From the IMG/VR virus record IMGVR_UViG_3300021513_000001, positions 1 to 64,000 of that record: a stretch of DNA of 64,000 nt; one strand, 5' to 3'. Below the pieces are notes generated by a model. The model saw only the letters and a program-made list of their open reading frames with translations. It was not told the DNA's origin and did not search any database. Numbering within the stretch: the stretch's first letter is position 1; each line of letters starts with the position of its first letter. A program made the position numbers and the translations under genes. Shown here one piece after another: positions 1 to 10,165 of this stretch. Source of the DNA: a virus.

Positions 1-64
1 AGTTGAAATTGAAAACACAGTTTTTCATTCCTGTCGAATTCTATCAACTCGTGCTATTAGTTTA

Positions 65-80
65 TGCAATTAACATGCCA
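65..80 (-). promoter_or_regulatory. sigma54-type (-24/-12) promoter TGGCATGTTAATTGCA
   Basis: GG-N10-GC spacing with TGGCAY/TTGCA boxes; intergenic; the transcript would run off the left edge of the window. Confidence 0.7.
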
Positions 81-121
81 AATATTGTCGCCTCGTATTC
101 AAAGGCTAAAGCTCCTTGGTT

Positions 122-625
122 TTACGGTAGTTTTTGATAAAATTTATATCTAAGAATTATTTCTTGAAACAAAACTTTATACAACTCATAAATTACACCA
201 GTACCGCCATTAGCTGATAAAACCGTTGCAATCTCTTTAACCTCGTAGAAAGCATCTTTTGGGCAAAATGAATTAGGAATTAACCTAACACATGGCAAAT
301 CTAACAAGTCATCCCCAACGTAAATACATTCATCAGGCATTGTACTTCTTTCTCTTAATATTTGTTTTAACATTTTCTTTTTATTTTTTGAACAATAAAA
401 TTTAAATCCTTTTTTCTTAAACACGCCTCTATTTATATGTTCTTCGCTAGACAAAATAATGATATTAAAAAATTCACGAAGCTTAGATAAAGATTTAAAA
501 TCTTTATCTAAAAAATTTTTCGATATAATACTTCCATCGCATTTATAAGCACCTTTACCGTCGGTAAACACGCCATCAACACTTAAAACTATTAATTTTA
601 TATTTGAATATTTTGTTTTATCCAT
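122..625 (-). CDS. KdsC-like HAD-superfamily phosphatase homologue (nucleophile Asp replaced by Ser)
   Basis: Motifs SVDGVFTDG, YVGDDLLD and C-terminal NGGTGVIYE match the KDO8P phosphatase family; motif I DxD reads SxD. Confidence 0.8.
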   Translation of the reverse strand: MDKTKYSNIKLIVLSVDGVFTDGKGAYKCDGSIISKNFLDKDFKSLSKLREFFNIIILSSEEHINRGVFKKKGFKFYCSKNKKKMLKQILRERSTMPDECIYVGDDLLDLPCVRLIPNSFCPKDAFYEVKEIATVLSANGGTGVIYELYKVLFQEIILRYKFYQKLP

Positions 626-958
626 TTACAAATTTAAACCTTCTAAAATCGAATAATTAACTAAAGAACAGGTTTTAAGATTTGTCAAAGTATCTGCATC
701 ATCTATGCCACAATACTGTGCCCACCCACAAGTTATAGAATCTATTATCTCGTATTTTTTTATCTTTTTATTTTTCAACCACATATAGCATAAAAATTTA
801 CCATCTTCAGCATCAAAAAATATTGTTATTACTTTTAATTGTTTAAATTCTTTTAAAAGTTTTTCAACATTTTTATTTTCTATTACTAAAAATTTAACTA
901 TGTCTTTGATAAATTCTTCTAAATCATCATACAATACTAGTTCCATAATTTGCTCCAA
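626..958 (-). CDS. hypothetical protein
   Basis: 110-aa ORF tightly packed between neighbours; true start may be the internal ATG (MELVLY). Confidence 0.6.
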   Translation of the reverse strand: MEQIMELVLYDDLEEFIKDIVKFLVIENKNVEKLLKEFKQLKVITIFFDAEDGKFLCYMWLKNKKIKKYEIIDSITCGWAQYCGIDDADTLTNLKTCSLVNYSILEGLNL

Positions 959-965
959 CCAACAA

Positions 966-1220
966 CTAAACGGTTCTTTTTCTTTTAGATGTTATTTTTT
1001 TACTAGTATTATATCTACCAGGAACAAGTTTATTCAAGCTATTAACCAATAACGTATAAACCCTATCATCTTTAGTGCTTTTTGTAACTTTTGCAATAGC
1101 CTTTAATACTGCTAAAACAGCACCAATAGTTATTGGATTGCTAGTTACGAATACACTGACATACGTAATAGCGTCTATTAAATACTGATCAACGTTTGGA
1201 ATCATTTCTGGTGTAACCAT
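966..1220 (-). CDS. small membrane protein, putative holin
   Basis: Hydrophobic segment ITYVSVFV...ITIGAVLAVLKAIA, TKSTKDD motif, basic C-terminal tail; directly downstream of the lysozyme. Confidence 0.5.
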   Translation of the reverse strand: MVTPEMIPNVDQYLIDAITYVSVFVTSNPITIGAVLAVLKAIAKVTKSTKDDRVYTLLVNSLNKLVPGRYNTSKKITSKRKRTV

Positions 1221-1225
1221 TTTTT

Positions 1226-1627
1226 TTATCTCCTATTTCCTTTCATTTTTCTTGATAATTTTCGTGCTCTTGATTTGTAGCATCTTGCCCATTGACTATC
1301 AAGCATTTCTTCTGCAGCCGCCTCAAAATTTTTAGCACGTATATATCTTATAGTTTTTTTAAACTTAAACAACCCAGCAACCCCCATTTGATATGCCATT
1401 TCTATTAATACTTCTTTGACATTTTCTGGTAAATCAGCCCAGACATTGGAAAGCCTTCTTTGTAATCTTTTTTTAATTATAGAAACTCTATTTTCAAGAA
1501 TTAACTCCGCCTCTTTTCTACTAATAGGAAGCCTACAGCCGTATCCTATAGTAAGTTTCCCTCTCACACATTTATAAGGCATTCCTCTAAAACCTTCATT
1601 TCTTTTTAAAGACTTTATTAATTCCAT
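1226..1627 (-). CDS. phage lysozyme/endolysin (T4-like, GH24)
   Basis: EGFRGMPYKC...LTIGYG N-terminal motif; LIEMAYQMGVAGLFKF; AAEEMLDSQWA. Confidence 0.9.
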   Translation of the reverse strand: MELIKSLKRNEGFRGMPYKCVRGKLTIGYGCRLPISRKEAELILENRVSIIKKRLQRRLSNVWADLPENVKEVLIEMAYQMGVAGLFKFKKTIRYIRAKNFEAAAEEMLDSQWARCYKSRARKLSRKMKGNRR

Positions 1628-1649
1628 GCAAATCTCTAACTATAATTAA

Positions 1650-2108
1650 CTATTTTCCATATTTAAAAAACACATCGGGGTGTTTAATTAAAAGAAAATT
1701 GTTTAAATTTGTCCATTTTCCGTCTATAACAATAAAAATATCTGCCAACATTCTACCATAGCGTCCGTATTTATGTTCTCTAAAAAAAAGTACAACGTGT
1801 TTATTTAAAACCAAAGTACTTGTTATTTTCTTTGCTTTTTTTCCTCTATTTATTACTTCATCTATTGTTATATTGTAAGTTTTTGCCTGTTTGTACGCCC
1901 TAGGAAACCTACGAGATTCAAAAGAATCTATAGTATTTAATCTAATTGTAGATCTGCCTCTAAATACACATTCAGCTTTAATAGTATCCCCATCTATTAC
2001 TTTTGTTACCGTACAAATATCTGCACAATCAGTACAAAGTTCTGATGAATTAGCAGGAACAACAAATAAAAACAAAACAAAAACTAATAAAATAAATATT
2101 TTTTTCAT
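1650..2108 (-). CDS. thermonuclease (SNase-like) with N-terminal signal peptide
   Basis: VIDGDT, IRLNTIDSFE and KYGRYGRMLA motifs; hydrophobic signal MKKIFILLVFVLFLFVVPANS. Confidence 0.85.
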   Translation of the reverse strand: MKKIFILLVFVLFLFVVPANSSELCTDCADICTVTKVIDGDTIKAECVFRGRSTIRLNTIDSFESRRFPRAYKQAKTYNITIDEVINRGKKAKKITSTLVLNKHVVLFFREHKYGRYGRMLADIFIVIDGKWTNLNNFLLIKHPDVFFKYGK

Positions 2109-2123
2109 GACTATTTTCTCTTA

Positions 2124-2330
2124 CTAATTAGGTTGTGTCTCAGCAAAATACGTCCCACAAATAGGGCACTCATACCATAAAACATCTACATCATCATATT
2201 TTAACACCGCATCCGGATGTGCCCAACGGCCTTTACCATCACAAGGTGTTTCTTTGGTACATATTTTTCGTTTATTTTGTTTTATTTTTTTTTTTTCATA
2301 CAAATATTTTATGCAATAATTATGCCACAT
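2124..2330 (-). CDS. small Cys-rich/Zn-ribbon protein; true start uncertain (poly-A tract)
   Basis: WYECPICG, plus C-x5-C and His; an out-of-frame ATG precedes an A12 run at 2285-2296. Confidence 0.5.
   Translation of the reverse strand: MWHNYCIKYLYEKKKIKQNKRKICTKETPCDGKGRWAHPDAVLKYDDVDVLWYECPICGTYFAETQPN
2312..2327 (-). promoter_or_regulatory. sigma54-type promoter TGGCATAATTATTGCA
   Basis: GG-N10-GC; overlaps the stop codon of the upstream GT and points at the Zn-ribbon/SNase/lysis genes. Confidence 0.7.
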
Positions 2331-3222
2331 TCTTTTTTAAAAAATCAAGAATACCGGCAACTCTAAAAGATACATCATGCTCTTTTTTACACCTGTTAGC
2401 TGCATTTACTCCTATTTCTGTTAACAGGTCTGCATTTTTTAAATAATAATTTAATTTTTCTTTTAAATCTTTTTTGTTTTTATATGTTAAAATTTCTTTA
2501 TCTTTTTCAAATACTTTAAAAACCTCATCTCTTTCTCTTGTTATAACCGGAGTAGCACAGGCTGAATACTCAAACATTCTATGTGCTAAAGGTGAAAAAA
2601 AATCCTGTATATCTAAACCTATTTTACTTCTGTTAATTACATTAAGAAATTCACTACCTGTTATTGCTTTATGTGTATAACTTGCACTAAACCATCCCGA
2701 ACCGTAAACCTGTAAATTACAACTTACAGTGTTATTTATATCTTTAACTATTTCAAGGCGTTCCTTTTTATTCTTAAATCTTGGATGTAAACCACACCCA
2801 ATTAAAGAAACATCTATATCTTTTTTTAAATATAAATTTTTGTGATACTTAAAATCACAAGCTGTTTGATTATAGTGTACTGGTATTACTGTTTTATACT
2901 TTTCAAAAGTCTCATAATGATTTGTTACATAAACGTCATAACTTTTAAATCTTTCCGAAGAAAAATAATAAGGATCACTAAAACCAAAACCAATAATTGG
3001 AATTTTAATTTGTTTTTTAATACCATAAGGAAGTACTAAACCAGAATGAGATAACCAAATTTGATCTGGGTTCAATCTATCAATTAAATTTAAAACACTT
3101 ATAATTTTACTTTTATCTACCCAAATAATATCATATCCCTTATTTTTGACTTCTTCATATATAGATCTCTTTGTACCATAAGTATTAAAGGTATATTTAT
3201 CAGTAAAATATAATATTTTCAT
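2320..3222 (-). CDS. CgeB-like GT-B glycosyltransferase
   Basis: [23 protein letters not shown] and [10 protein letters not shown] motifs; start moved to ATG 3222 (ATGA overlap with the upstream stop). Confidence 0.85.
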   Translation of the reverse strand: MKILYFTDKYTFNTYGTKRSIYEEVKNKGYDIIWVDKSKIISVLNLIDRLNPDQIWLSHSGLVLPYGIKKQIKIPIIGFGFSDPYYFSSERFKSYDVYVTNHYETFEKYKTVIPVHYNQTACDFKYHKNLYLKKDIDVSLIGCGLHPRFKNKKERLEIVKDINNTVSCNLQVYGSGWFSASYTHKAITGSEFLNVINRSKIGLDIQDFFSPLAHRMFEYSACATPVITRERDEVFKVFEKDKEILTYKNKKDLKEKLNYYLKNADLLTEIGVNAANRCKKEHDVSFRVAGILDFLKKNVA

Positions 3223-3704
3223 ACACGTTCTCCTATTTTCCTTACTGGATTCCCTGCCCAAATTCCATAATCAGGAATATTTTTTGTAACAACACTTCCG
3301 GCCCCTATAACACACCCATTTCCTATTTTAACACCACCACACACAACAGTATTTGCACCGATCCACACGTCACTACCTATTATAACATGTTTTGGTATAT
3401 TTTTTTGTTTCATTATAAGTTGATTAATTGCTACTCCATGATCTTGTGCATATATATGAACATTTGGACTAAATAAAACATTGTCTCCTATTTCTATTCC
3501 TCCCATACCGTGCATAACACAATAATAACCTATACTTACGTTATTACCTATGTTTATTATTCCTGTACAGGTTCTTATAACACAATTATGCATTATTCTT
3601 ACATTGTTACCAAGTATTATTTTCCCACCGTGTTCTTTAAAACCAACATAAGCATCAGGTGATATATTACAGTTATTGCCTTGAATTAAATTTGCCGTAA
3701 TCAT
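3219..3704 (-). CDS. hexapeptide-repeat (LbH) sugar O/N-acyltransferase
   Basis: IGxN hexapeptide repeats; [32 protein letters not shown]...AGNP. Confidence 0.9.
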   Translation of the reverse strand: MITANLIQGNNCNISPDAYVGFKEHGGKIILGNNVRIMHNCVIRTCTGIINIGNNVSIGYYCVMHGMGGIEIGDNVLFSPNVHIYAQDHGVAINQLIMKQKNIPKHVIIGSDVWIGANTVVCGGVKIGNGCVIGAGSVVTKNIPDYGIWAGNPVRKIGERV

Positions 3705-4396
3705 TTTTTTATGTATAAATTCTCATCTATTTTTTTAAATAATTTGTTTAAAATAGTAACGCCTTCTTTTTTCCATAAACTTATCGAATGTGCAAAATGT
3801 CCAGATGATGGTTTAATTTTTCTACTCACCTCTAAAAATAATTTACCATTTTGTTTAATAGATAAGCATATCCTTTCAAATTCCTTTAAGGGGTTATAAA
3901 CATGTTCTAATACATCTGAACAAATAATTACATCATATTTGTTTTTTGGTAATACAGAATCATGATAAAACACATTGACTTTAAATCCACGTTTTTTAAT
4001 TCTTGCTCTAGCAAATTTTAATAGCGGACCTTTCACATCAAGAATATCTACATCATTTCCATTTTCCAACAAAGCAATAGCGTGTGTACCAACGCCGCTT
4101 CCAAAATCCAAACACTCTTTGTTTGACGTATCATTTATTAGTTTTTTAAGCGTCGCTCCTCTACGCATCACACTTGTAAACATCATAGTTTTTAAATATG
4201 CATCCAAATCTAAATAATTATATTCTTGATACAAAGATAAGAAATCTTTCTCTGTCTCAATAACCCCTTTTTCATTAAATATTCTAATAGAATCTGGTGT
4301 ACAAATACTAAGTTGTTGTATATAATTCAAGGGTTTATTTAATATTTCCGCCAATTCTAAATCCCTCTCTTTTTGTGTTTCTTTTAATATGGCCAT
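3701..4396 (-). CDS. class I SAM-dependent methyltransferase
   Basis: LDFGSGVG motif I; [13 protein letters not shown]. Confidence 0.9.
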   Translation of the reverse strand: MAILKETQKERDLELAEILNKPLNYIQQLSICTPDSIRIFNEKGVIETEKDFLSLYQEYNYLDLDAYLKTMMFTSVMRRGATLKKLINDTSNKECLDFGSGVGTHAIALLENGNDVDILDVKGPLLKFARARIKKRGFKVNVFYHDSVLPKNKYDVIICSDVLEHVYNPLKEFERICLSIKQNGKLFLEVSRKIKPSSGHFAHSISLWKKEGVTILNKLFKKIDENLYIKK

Positions 4397-4399
4397 TAT

Positions 4400-5674
4400 T
4401 TATCCTTTATTAACTTTACCTGTAGCTTGTATCCACTTTCTAAAATATTCAGATTCTTCTTGAAATTCTTCAAGACTTCTATCTCTAATTTTAATGAGGG
4501 GTTTTAATTTATTAACACCATCTGGACCAAAAAAATAAAAATTATAATCATTAAGATCTCTACTAAGAATTTCTATATTATACTTCAATGGGTTATACCA
4601 TACATCACATCCTGGAATTGGAACAAAAGAAGTACATGCAATAATATCATAAGGCACTTCCTGTAAATATTTAATATTAATAGGTACGGTGTGTTTTGTT
4701 TGACCGGGCGTTCTTATCATAAATAATATTCTTGTTTTTAAACCAACCTTAGCACATATTTCTAACGCCCTGACATTATCTTTTGCGGTAGTTTTCTTGT
4801 TTAATATTTTTAAAACATTATCATCAAAACTTTCAACACCAAAAGAAGCCTCAACACATCCAGCATCATACATAATTTTAGCCATATCTTCATCAAATGG
4901 GTTTACTCTACAAGATATTCGCCATACAACATCAAGACTTTTAATTTTTTTACACACACTTTCAACATGTTGGCGACTCGCCGTAAACATGTCGTCTGAA
5001 AACCTAAATTGTGTTATTCCAAAATTATCTATCACTTCACGCATTTCATCATATATTGATTGGGCAGTTCTATATCTTACTTTTCTATATGTGAATTTAG
5101 AAGCACAACAAAAAGCACAAGAAAAAGGACAGCCCCTTGAAGTCAAAATTATTGTACTACCACCCTCACGATAGTTTTTATTAAAGATAAAAATATTTCC
5201 GCCTTGAAAATCTAATAAATGTCTTGCTGGTAAAGGAATAGTATTAAGATCTTTTACAGGTTCCCCCTGATAAACTTGTTGTAATTTGTTTTTCTTTATA
5301 TCCTTAATAATATTTAAAATAGTTATTTCTCCCTCACCCACACAAATAGAATCTACTACTTTAAAATCTACAAACTCTTTCGATATAGTACCTGGACCAC
5401 CAAGAACTACTTTGGCATTGGGATATTTAATTTTTATCAATTTTGAAAACTCATTAGCAACAGGTAACTCAAGACAGGTAGTTGTTATTCCATACATATC
5501 TGCTTCAGAAAGATCTTCTATGGCTGTTTTCTTAGAATAAGAAGAATAATTTTTTATCTCTACGTCTATATCGTTTTGTTCTAATACTGCAGCCAAATAC
5601 ATTAACCCTAAAGGCGCTTGCGCATCGGGTTGGTTTAAAAAATCATGTGGTAAATAAATAAAAACTACTTTCAT
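4400..5674 (-). CDS. B12-binding radical SAM protein (class B methyltransferase-like)
   Basis: PLGLMYLAA/VVLGG cobalamin-binding domain; TSRGCPFSCAFC CxxxCxxC; FSDDMF; FGVES. Confidence 0.9.
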   Translation of the reverse strand: MKVVFIYLPHDFLNQPDAQAPLGLMYLAAVLEQNDIDVEIKNYSSYSKKTAIEDLSEADMYGITTTCLELPVANEFSKLIKIKYPNAKVVLGGPGTISKEFVDFKVVDSICVGEGEITILNIIKDIKKNKLQQVYQGEPVKDLNTIPLPARHLLDFQGGNIFIFNKNYREGGSTIILTSRGCPFSCAFCCASKFTYRKVRYRTAQSIYDEMREVIDNFGITQFRFSDDMFTASRQHVESVCKKIKSLDVVWRISCRVNPFDEDMAKIMYDAGCVEASFGVESFDDNVLKILNKKTTAKDNVRALEICAKVGLKTRILFMIRTPGQTKHTVPINIKYLQEVPYDIIACTSFVPIPGCDVWYNPLKYNIEILSRDLNDYNFYFFGPDGVNKLKPLIKIRDRSLEEFQEESEYFRKWIQATGKVNKG

Positions 5675-5677
5675 GTT

Positions 5678-6448
5678 TTACCTCGCTACTTTTTTAAAAG
5701 GACAAACATTATACAATCTATCTATATCTATATCAAGAACATAATCTTTAAATTTATCATAAACCTGTTGTAATGTAGTATTTTCATTAATCACTAGTGG
5801 TAACTTTTCTTCTCTGTGTACAGACTCAAAGTAATCTCTAAATTTAAAACCATTACCCTTTACCTTAGAAGACAATTCAATCCATATTGAGGGTATATTA
5901 TAAGCATCAGAGACTATGATACCGTGTAAAGAACTCGACGCTATTAACTCACAACTACAAACTTTATCAACAAAAACATTAATATCTTCCTGAATATCTA
6001 TAATTAAAATATCAGAAATTCCTCTAAATTTATTTAAAAATTCAGAATTTTTATCTATAAAATGAGGAATAACCCCCAATTTATATTTTTTCTTAACACT
6101 AACAGGTGTATAAAATCTCGGATAAAGTAAAACTGGATCACCATAAACGTTACAAGTATACCCCTGCTCTTTTAATTTTTTAATAGTAAGTGGCCCCCTT
6201 ACTGCGTAAATTTCCTTTGGTTTATATATAATTTTACTCGATTCTGTAATAAAACCAGGCCCCCATATAATAGAATAAGGATCTGCTCTTTGAAGAATAC
6301 TGCCAACTATTAAATAAACATCTTTTTTTTCAATGTTTTCAAAAGACATACCTACAGCTTTAGGTTTAATTCCTGATATGCATTCAAATAAAATAGGACC
6401 TATTTTGTCCCCCCAATTATTTAATTTACTATGATGTTTAACAAACAT
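5678..6448 (-). CDS. polysaccharide pyruvyl transferase family protein
   Basis: NWGD, GSIL, AVRGPLT, GDP, IPH and SSSLHGIIVSDAYNIP motifs. Confidence 0.9.
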   Translation of the reverse strand: MFVKHHSKLNNWGDKIGPILFECISGIKPKAVGMSFENIEKKDVYLIVGSILQRADPYSIIWGPGFITESSKIIYKPKEIYAVRGPLTIKKLKEQGYTCNVYGDPVLLYPRFYTPVSVKKKYKLGVIPHFIDKNSEFLNKFRGISDILIIDIQEDINVFVDKVCSCELIASSSLHGIIVSDAYNIPSIWIELSSKVKGNGFKFRDYFESVHREEKLPLVINENTTLQQVYDKFKDYVLDIDIDRLYNVCPFKKVAR

Positions 6449-6482
6449 TTCTATGTGTTATATCTTTATTTTATTTTTTTTT

Positions 6483-7115
6483 CTAATACTGTATAAAATT
6501 AAATTTTATTGGCTTTTTTAACCCTTTAAGCTCTAACCATTTTCTACCAATATCTTTAACAATAATATTCTTACCAACTGTTATAATATTTTTCTTAGTA
6601 AATTTTTCTGCAAACCTACTACTCCTCAACTGTACTTCAGGATTCTTACTAACATCTAATTTTCCAGCAAAAACTTTATATAAATCATATTTCCAAACAC
6701 TCGGGCTAAGGGCAAGTTTAGTATACCTAGTAGTATAGGCTCTTAAAATTACCTCCAATGCCCCCGTCTTATCAAACAAATTAAATATGTTATTAATATT
6801 TATTTTTTCAAGTAATACCCAATCATCTTCAAGCTGAAAAATATAAGGTGTTTCTGCGCTAGACCAACACCAATTAACTGCATCTGTAAAATTTGGTTGT
6901 TTAGGCAATCTATAAATTACATTATTAAAATATTTTTTTGCTACTGCTAAAGTATTTTGTTGTAATTTACTATTAGGTACAGGATCTATATTAATATATA
7001 AAATACATTTAGATATATTTATACCTTCTATATTAGTAAAAAAAGATTTATACGTCTGCTCTAATATTTCTGGTCTAGATAACGCTGTTGTCGTAAATGC
7101 CATTTTGTTACACAT
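6483..7115 (-). CDS. GT-A fold glycosyltransferase (GT2-like)
   Basis: N-terminal RPEILEQT; FQLEDDW DxD-type motif; DIGR near the C-terminus. Confidence 0.7.
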   Translation of the reverse strand: MCNKMAFTTTALSRPEILEQTYKSFFTNIEGINISKCILYINIDPVPNSKLQQNTLAVAKKYFNNVIYRLPKQPNFTDAVNWCWSSAETPYIFQLEDDWVLLEKININNIFNLFDKTGALEVILRAYTTRYTKLALSPSVWKYDLYKVFAGKLDVSKNPEVQLRSSRFAEKFTKKNIITVGKNIIVKDIGRKWLELKGLKKPIKFNFIQY

Positions 7116-8047
7116 TACATCTGCTCAATACATTTAATAAATTTTTGCATATTTGTCTTTCTATTTCCTATTTTATTAACAATAAGTTTTTGCATATTAT
7201 TAATTAACGACCAATCAGGATTTTCTATCAATTTTACTGCATTATCTAAATTACCAAATTTATATATCATAGCTGTATCACCAAAGGCATAATCTAATAC
7301 CATACCATTTGTCTTTATGTTATTACAAACAATTAAACAACCACATAATGCAGCCTCCATTGCTACATTAAAAAGACCTTCAAGTTCAGTAGGGGCAAAC
7401 CATATGTGACATGAACTGTACAAATCAACTAGTTGTTCGTGTGTAGGAGAACAAACAAAATAATCAAGAAAAGAATCTTTACGCATCTCTGTACCAAACC
7501 CTACATATTCATAATTTTTAGACCCTAACGCTTCGGCCAATTTAATAAAATCTACCCATCTTTTTGTGGGTTTTTTTTGATACAAACACCCAATTCTTAT
7601 TTTGTTTTTTGGTCTAAAATTTCTATCTTCCCACTGTTCGATATCTACTCCTTGGTGGATAACTACAGATTCGACACCAAGTTTTTTTAATTTTCTTTGT
7701 AATCCATATGAATTTGTTATATTAAACAGCCCAGAATTATAACCTGCAATTAATTCTTGTTCTTTCATTACCCAAGTCTCAAAACCTCTAATATAATAGG
7801 CTTTTTTTGGTACATTGGCTTGTAATGTGCTTTGCACTGTCGTACACGCTGTTGCTACTATGACATCCAAATTTTCTGGTATATAATTAATAACAGACTT
7901 ATGCTCAAACCACGTAAAATTGTCTACAGTTGCTACTATATCACATTTGTGGCCTAAATCTTCTAAAACTTTAGCACACATAATAGTTGTTTTCGAGCCG
8001 CCGCTATTTCCAAGTCCGCTATTTAAACAATTAAACGCCAAGTACAT
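7115..8047 (-). CDS. GT4-like glycosyltransferase
   Basis: SGGSK N-terminal motif; EGLFNVAMEAALCG (E-x7-E). Confidence 0.85.
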   Translation of the reverse strand: MYLAFNCLNSGLGNSGGSKTTIMCAKVLEDLGHKCDIVATVDNFTWFEHKSVINYIPENLDVIVATACTTVQSTLQANVPKKAYYIRGFETWVMKEQELIAGYNSGLFNITNSYGLQRKLKKLGVESVVIHQGVDIEQWEDRNFRPKNKIRIGCLYQKKPTKRWVDFIKLAEALGSKNYEYVGFGTEMRKDSFLDYFVCSPTHEQLVDLYSSCHIWFAPTELEGLFNVAMEAALCGCLIVCNNIKTNGMVLDYAFGDTAMIYKFGNLDNAVKLIENPDWSLINNMQKLIVNKIGNRKTNMQKFIKCIEQM

Positions 8048-9029
8048 TTATTTTTTCCCTTAAAAATTTAGCAGCTATTTCCAAAGAAAGATTTTCTTTA
8101 TAATACTCTCTTGGATTATATTTATTTAAATTATCAAGAACATATTGTACCGCTGTCCAAAAATTATCTTTAGTAACCAACTCGCCTGTAGCCCACCGAC
8201 TTCTCGGATTAACTAGAGAGTTTATATATTTATCCCTCCAAAATCTTACTGTATCCAATACTACTATTGGTAACCCACAGGCCAACATTTCAGCAATAAC
8301 GCGTGGACAACTGTCTATTTCAGAATCAACAGCAATAATACCCATTTTACATTTAGCTATGTGTTTTGGCATTTCTGATTTTAATACTCTATAAGATGTT
8401 ACGTTATTCGGGTATTTAAAATTACGTGGGTTATTTCCAAGATTAAGTAATGTAAACCGCGGTGGTAAGGTATTATATACAAAAGCATGTCCTTTAAAGT
8501 TTTGACTCCCGTTAGCTGGAAAACAAATATCATATTCTTTTTTTATTTCAGGATATGGATAAAATAAATTATCTGGGGCCGGTTTTATAAATAGACTGCT
8601 GGGTATTCGTGGAAATCTTTGTTTACATATTTTTAATTGTTCAATAGAATCTTGTAAAATTAAATCATAATCATAAAATCCTTGACATGGCAAATATCTT
8701 CTTCCAGCGCCATAGCGTATTTTAAAAGAAGTGGGGAATTGTTTCAATATGCTATGATATTCTTTGAAACCGCCACGACAAAAAATAACATCAGGAATAA
8801 AAACACTTTTATAGGTTTGAAAATTAGGAATCCACCTCTCCGTGAAATTAAAGGTAAATTTTTTTTCACGATTCCCGCCCCAATACCAAAGTTCTGCCTT
8901 ATCTCCTTTTTTTAATATAGAAAAAATCAATTGTGTCCAAACATCATCACAGTCTTCAATTTTATCAAATACGATTTCTTGCGGATCTCTATCTTGAGGA
9001 ACCTGGCCTCTTAGCATAAGAAAATTCAT
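8031..9029 (-). CDS. GT-B fold glycosyltransferase (GT4-like)
   Basis: KGH; DSCPRVIAEMLACGLPIVV. Confidence 0.8.
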   Translation of the reverse strand: MNFLMLRGQVPQDRDPQEIVFDKIEDCDDVWTQLIFSILKKGDKAELWYWGGNREKKFTFNFTERWIPNFQTYKSVFIPDVIFCRGGFKEYHSILKQFPTSFKIRYGAGRRYLPCQGFYDYDLILQDSIEQLKICKQRFPRIPSSLFIKPAPDNLFYPYPEIKKEYDICFPANGSQNFKGHAFVYNTLPPRFTLLNLGNNPRNFKYPNNVTSYRVLKSEMPKHIAKCKMGIIAVDSEIDSCPRVIAEMLACGLPIVVLDTVRFWRDKYINSLVNPRSRWATGELVTKDNFWTAVQYVLDNLNKYNPREYYKENLSLEIAAKFLREKINVLGV

Positions 9030-9103
9030 TTATATTTCTTCCAATCTACTAAAAAATTTTCTAACTTGCGTTTTTATATAATCTAACATGACAAATTCTC
9101 ATA

Positions 9104-9979
9104 CTAAATTATTTCTTTAACAACATTAACTATTGTTTGTGGATCTATTTCTCTACATTTCCAAATTTTACAATTTTTCCAACCACGATTACCCTGACAC
9201 GGTTGGCATTTCAAATCATTTCTTTTAATAACGGTTGAATATTTGTGAAACCTCAAATCAAAATTTTTCTTTATACTAGTTGCTGTAAAAATTACTATAT
9301 TAGGTATCTCTAAAGCATTAGCACAGTGATACATGCCACTATCATTTGAAATTAGTAACTTACTATTCTTTATTACTCCCAAAGAATCTAACAAAGATAA
9401 TCCAGTCTCATCGTATGTTCCTTTAACATACTCTTGTTTAGAACCAATAGAACATATTTTATATTTTTTATTTAATAGCTTTACTACTTTTTCATAATAA
9501 GGGTAACTTTTTATACTCCAATCAGCGCTACCGTGCGGATTGTAACCATTTGCTATTACTATGTCGTACTGTCTGTCTACTTTGTTATATAAACAATTAC
9601 CGTGCCAAATTAAATCTCTTTCTTTGACTCCCAAATCTCTCGCAATTTGCATATATGTATCTACTTCAGAGATATCCATACTTAAAGGATAAATACCTGC
9701 TAATAATTTCATTCCAATATTTAAAAAAAGTTTAACATGTCTTTGAGTCCAATATGTAGACACCATTCCTATATAATTATTAGGATTAATGTGATTAGCT
9801 TGATTACCAACATACCACTCATTAACATAAGGAATCACTTTAGGAATGAAAAAATTACCAAATACGTGATAATAATCAATATTATACCCTAAAACTTCTT
9901 TTATAGTACGAAGACATGGAATAAGTTGACAACAATTTCCTATTCCTTCGGCTGATAAAAATAATAATTTTTTATTCAT
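9104..9979 (-). CDS. GT9 (heptosyltransferase-like) glycosyltransferase
   Basis: GIGN; ISNDSGMYHCANALEIPNIVIF; C-terminal CQPC...C...C. Confidence 0.85.
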   Translation of the reverse strand: MNKKLLFLSAEGIGNCCQLIPCLRTIKEVLGYNIDYYHVFGNFFIPKVIPYVNEWYVGNQANHINPNNYIGMVSTYWTQRHVKLFLNIGMKLLAGIYPLSMDISEVDTYMQIARDLGVKERDLIWHGNCLYNKVDRQYDIVIANGYNPHGSADWSIKSYPYYEKVVKLLNKKYKICSIGSKQEYVKGTYDETGLSLLDSLGVIKNSKLLISNDSGMYHCANALEIPNIVIFTATSIKKNFDLRFHKYSTVIKRNDLKCQPCQGNRGWKNCKIWKCREIDPQTIVNVVKEII

Positions 9980-9982
9980 ATT

Positions 9983-10165
9983 TTATTTTATAATATCATT
10001 TATTTCATTAGTTATTTTTTCTAAATCTTTATCAAACAGTTTATTAAATATTTTCTTTGACATATTTTTTTTCTTGATATAATCAAGAGCTATAGATGAA
10101 GATTTAATTTTAAGTATTGTCTTTATTTTTTTTTCTATCATCTGTAAAATCCGACCAACACACAC
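9983..10165 (-). CDS. hypothetical protein (start uncertain)
   Basis: Fills a gap in the operon; overlaps the upstream ORF. Confidence 0.35.
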   Translation of the reverse strand: MCVGRILQMIEKKIKTILKIKSSSIALDYIKKKNMSKKIFNKLFDKDLEKITNEINDIIK

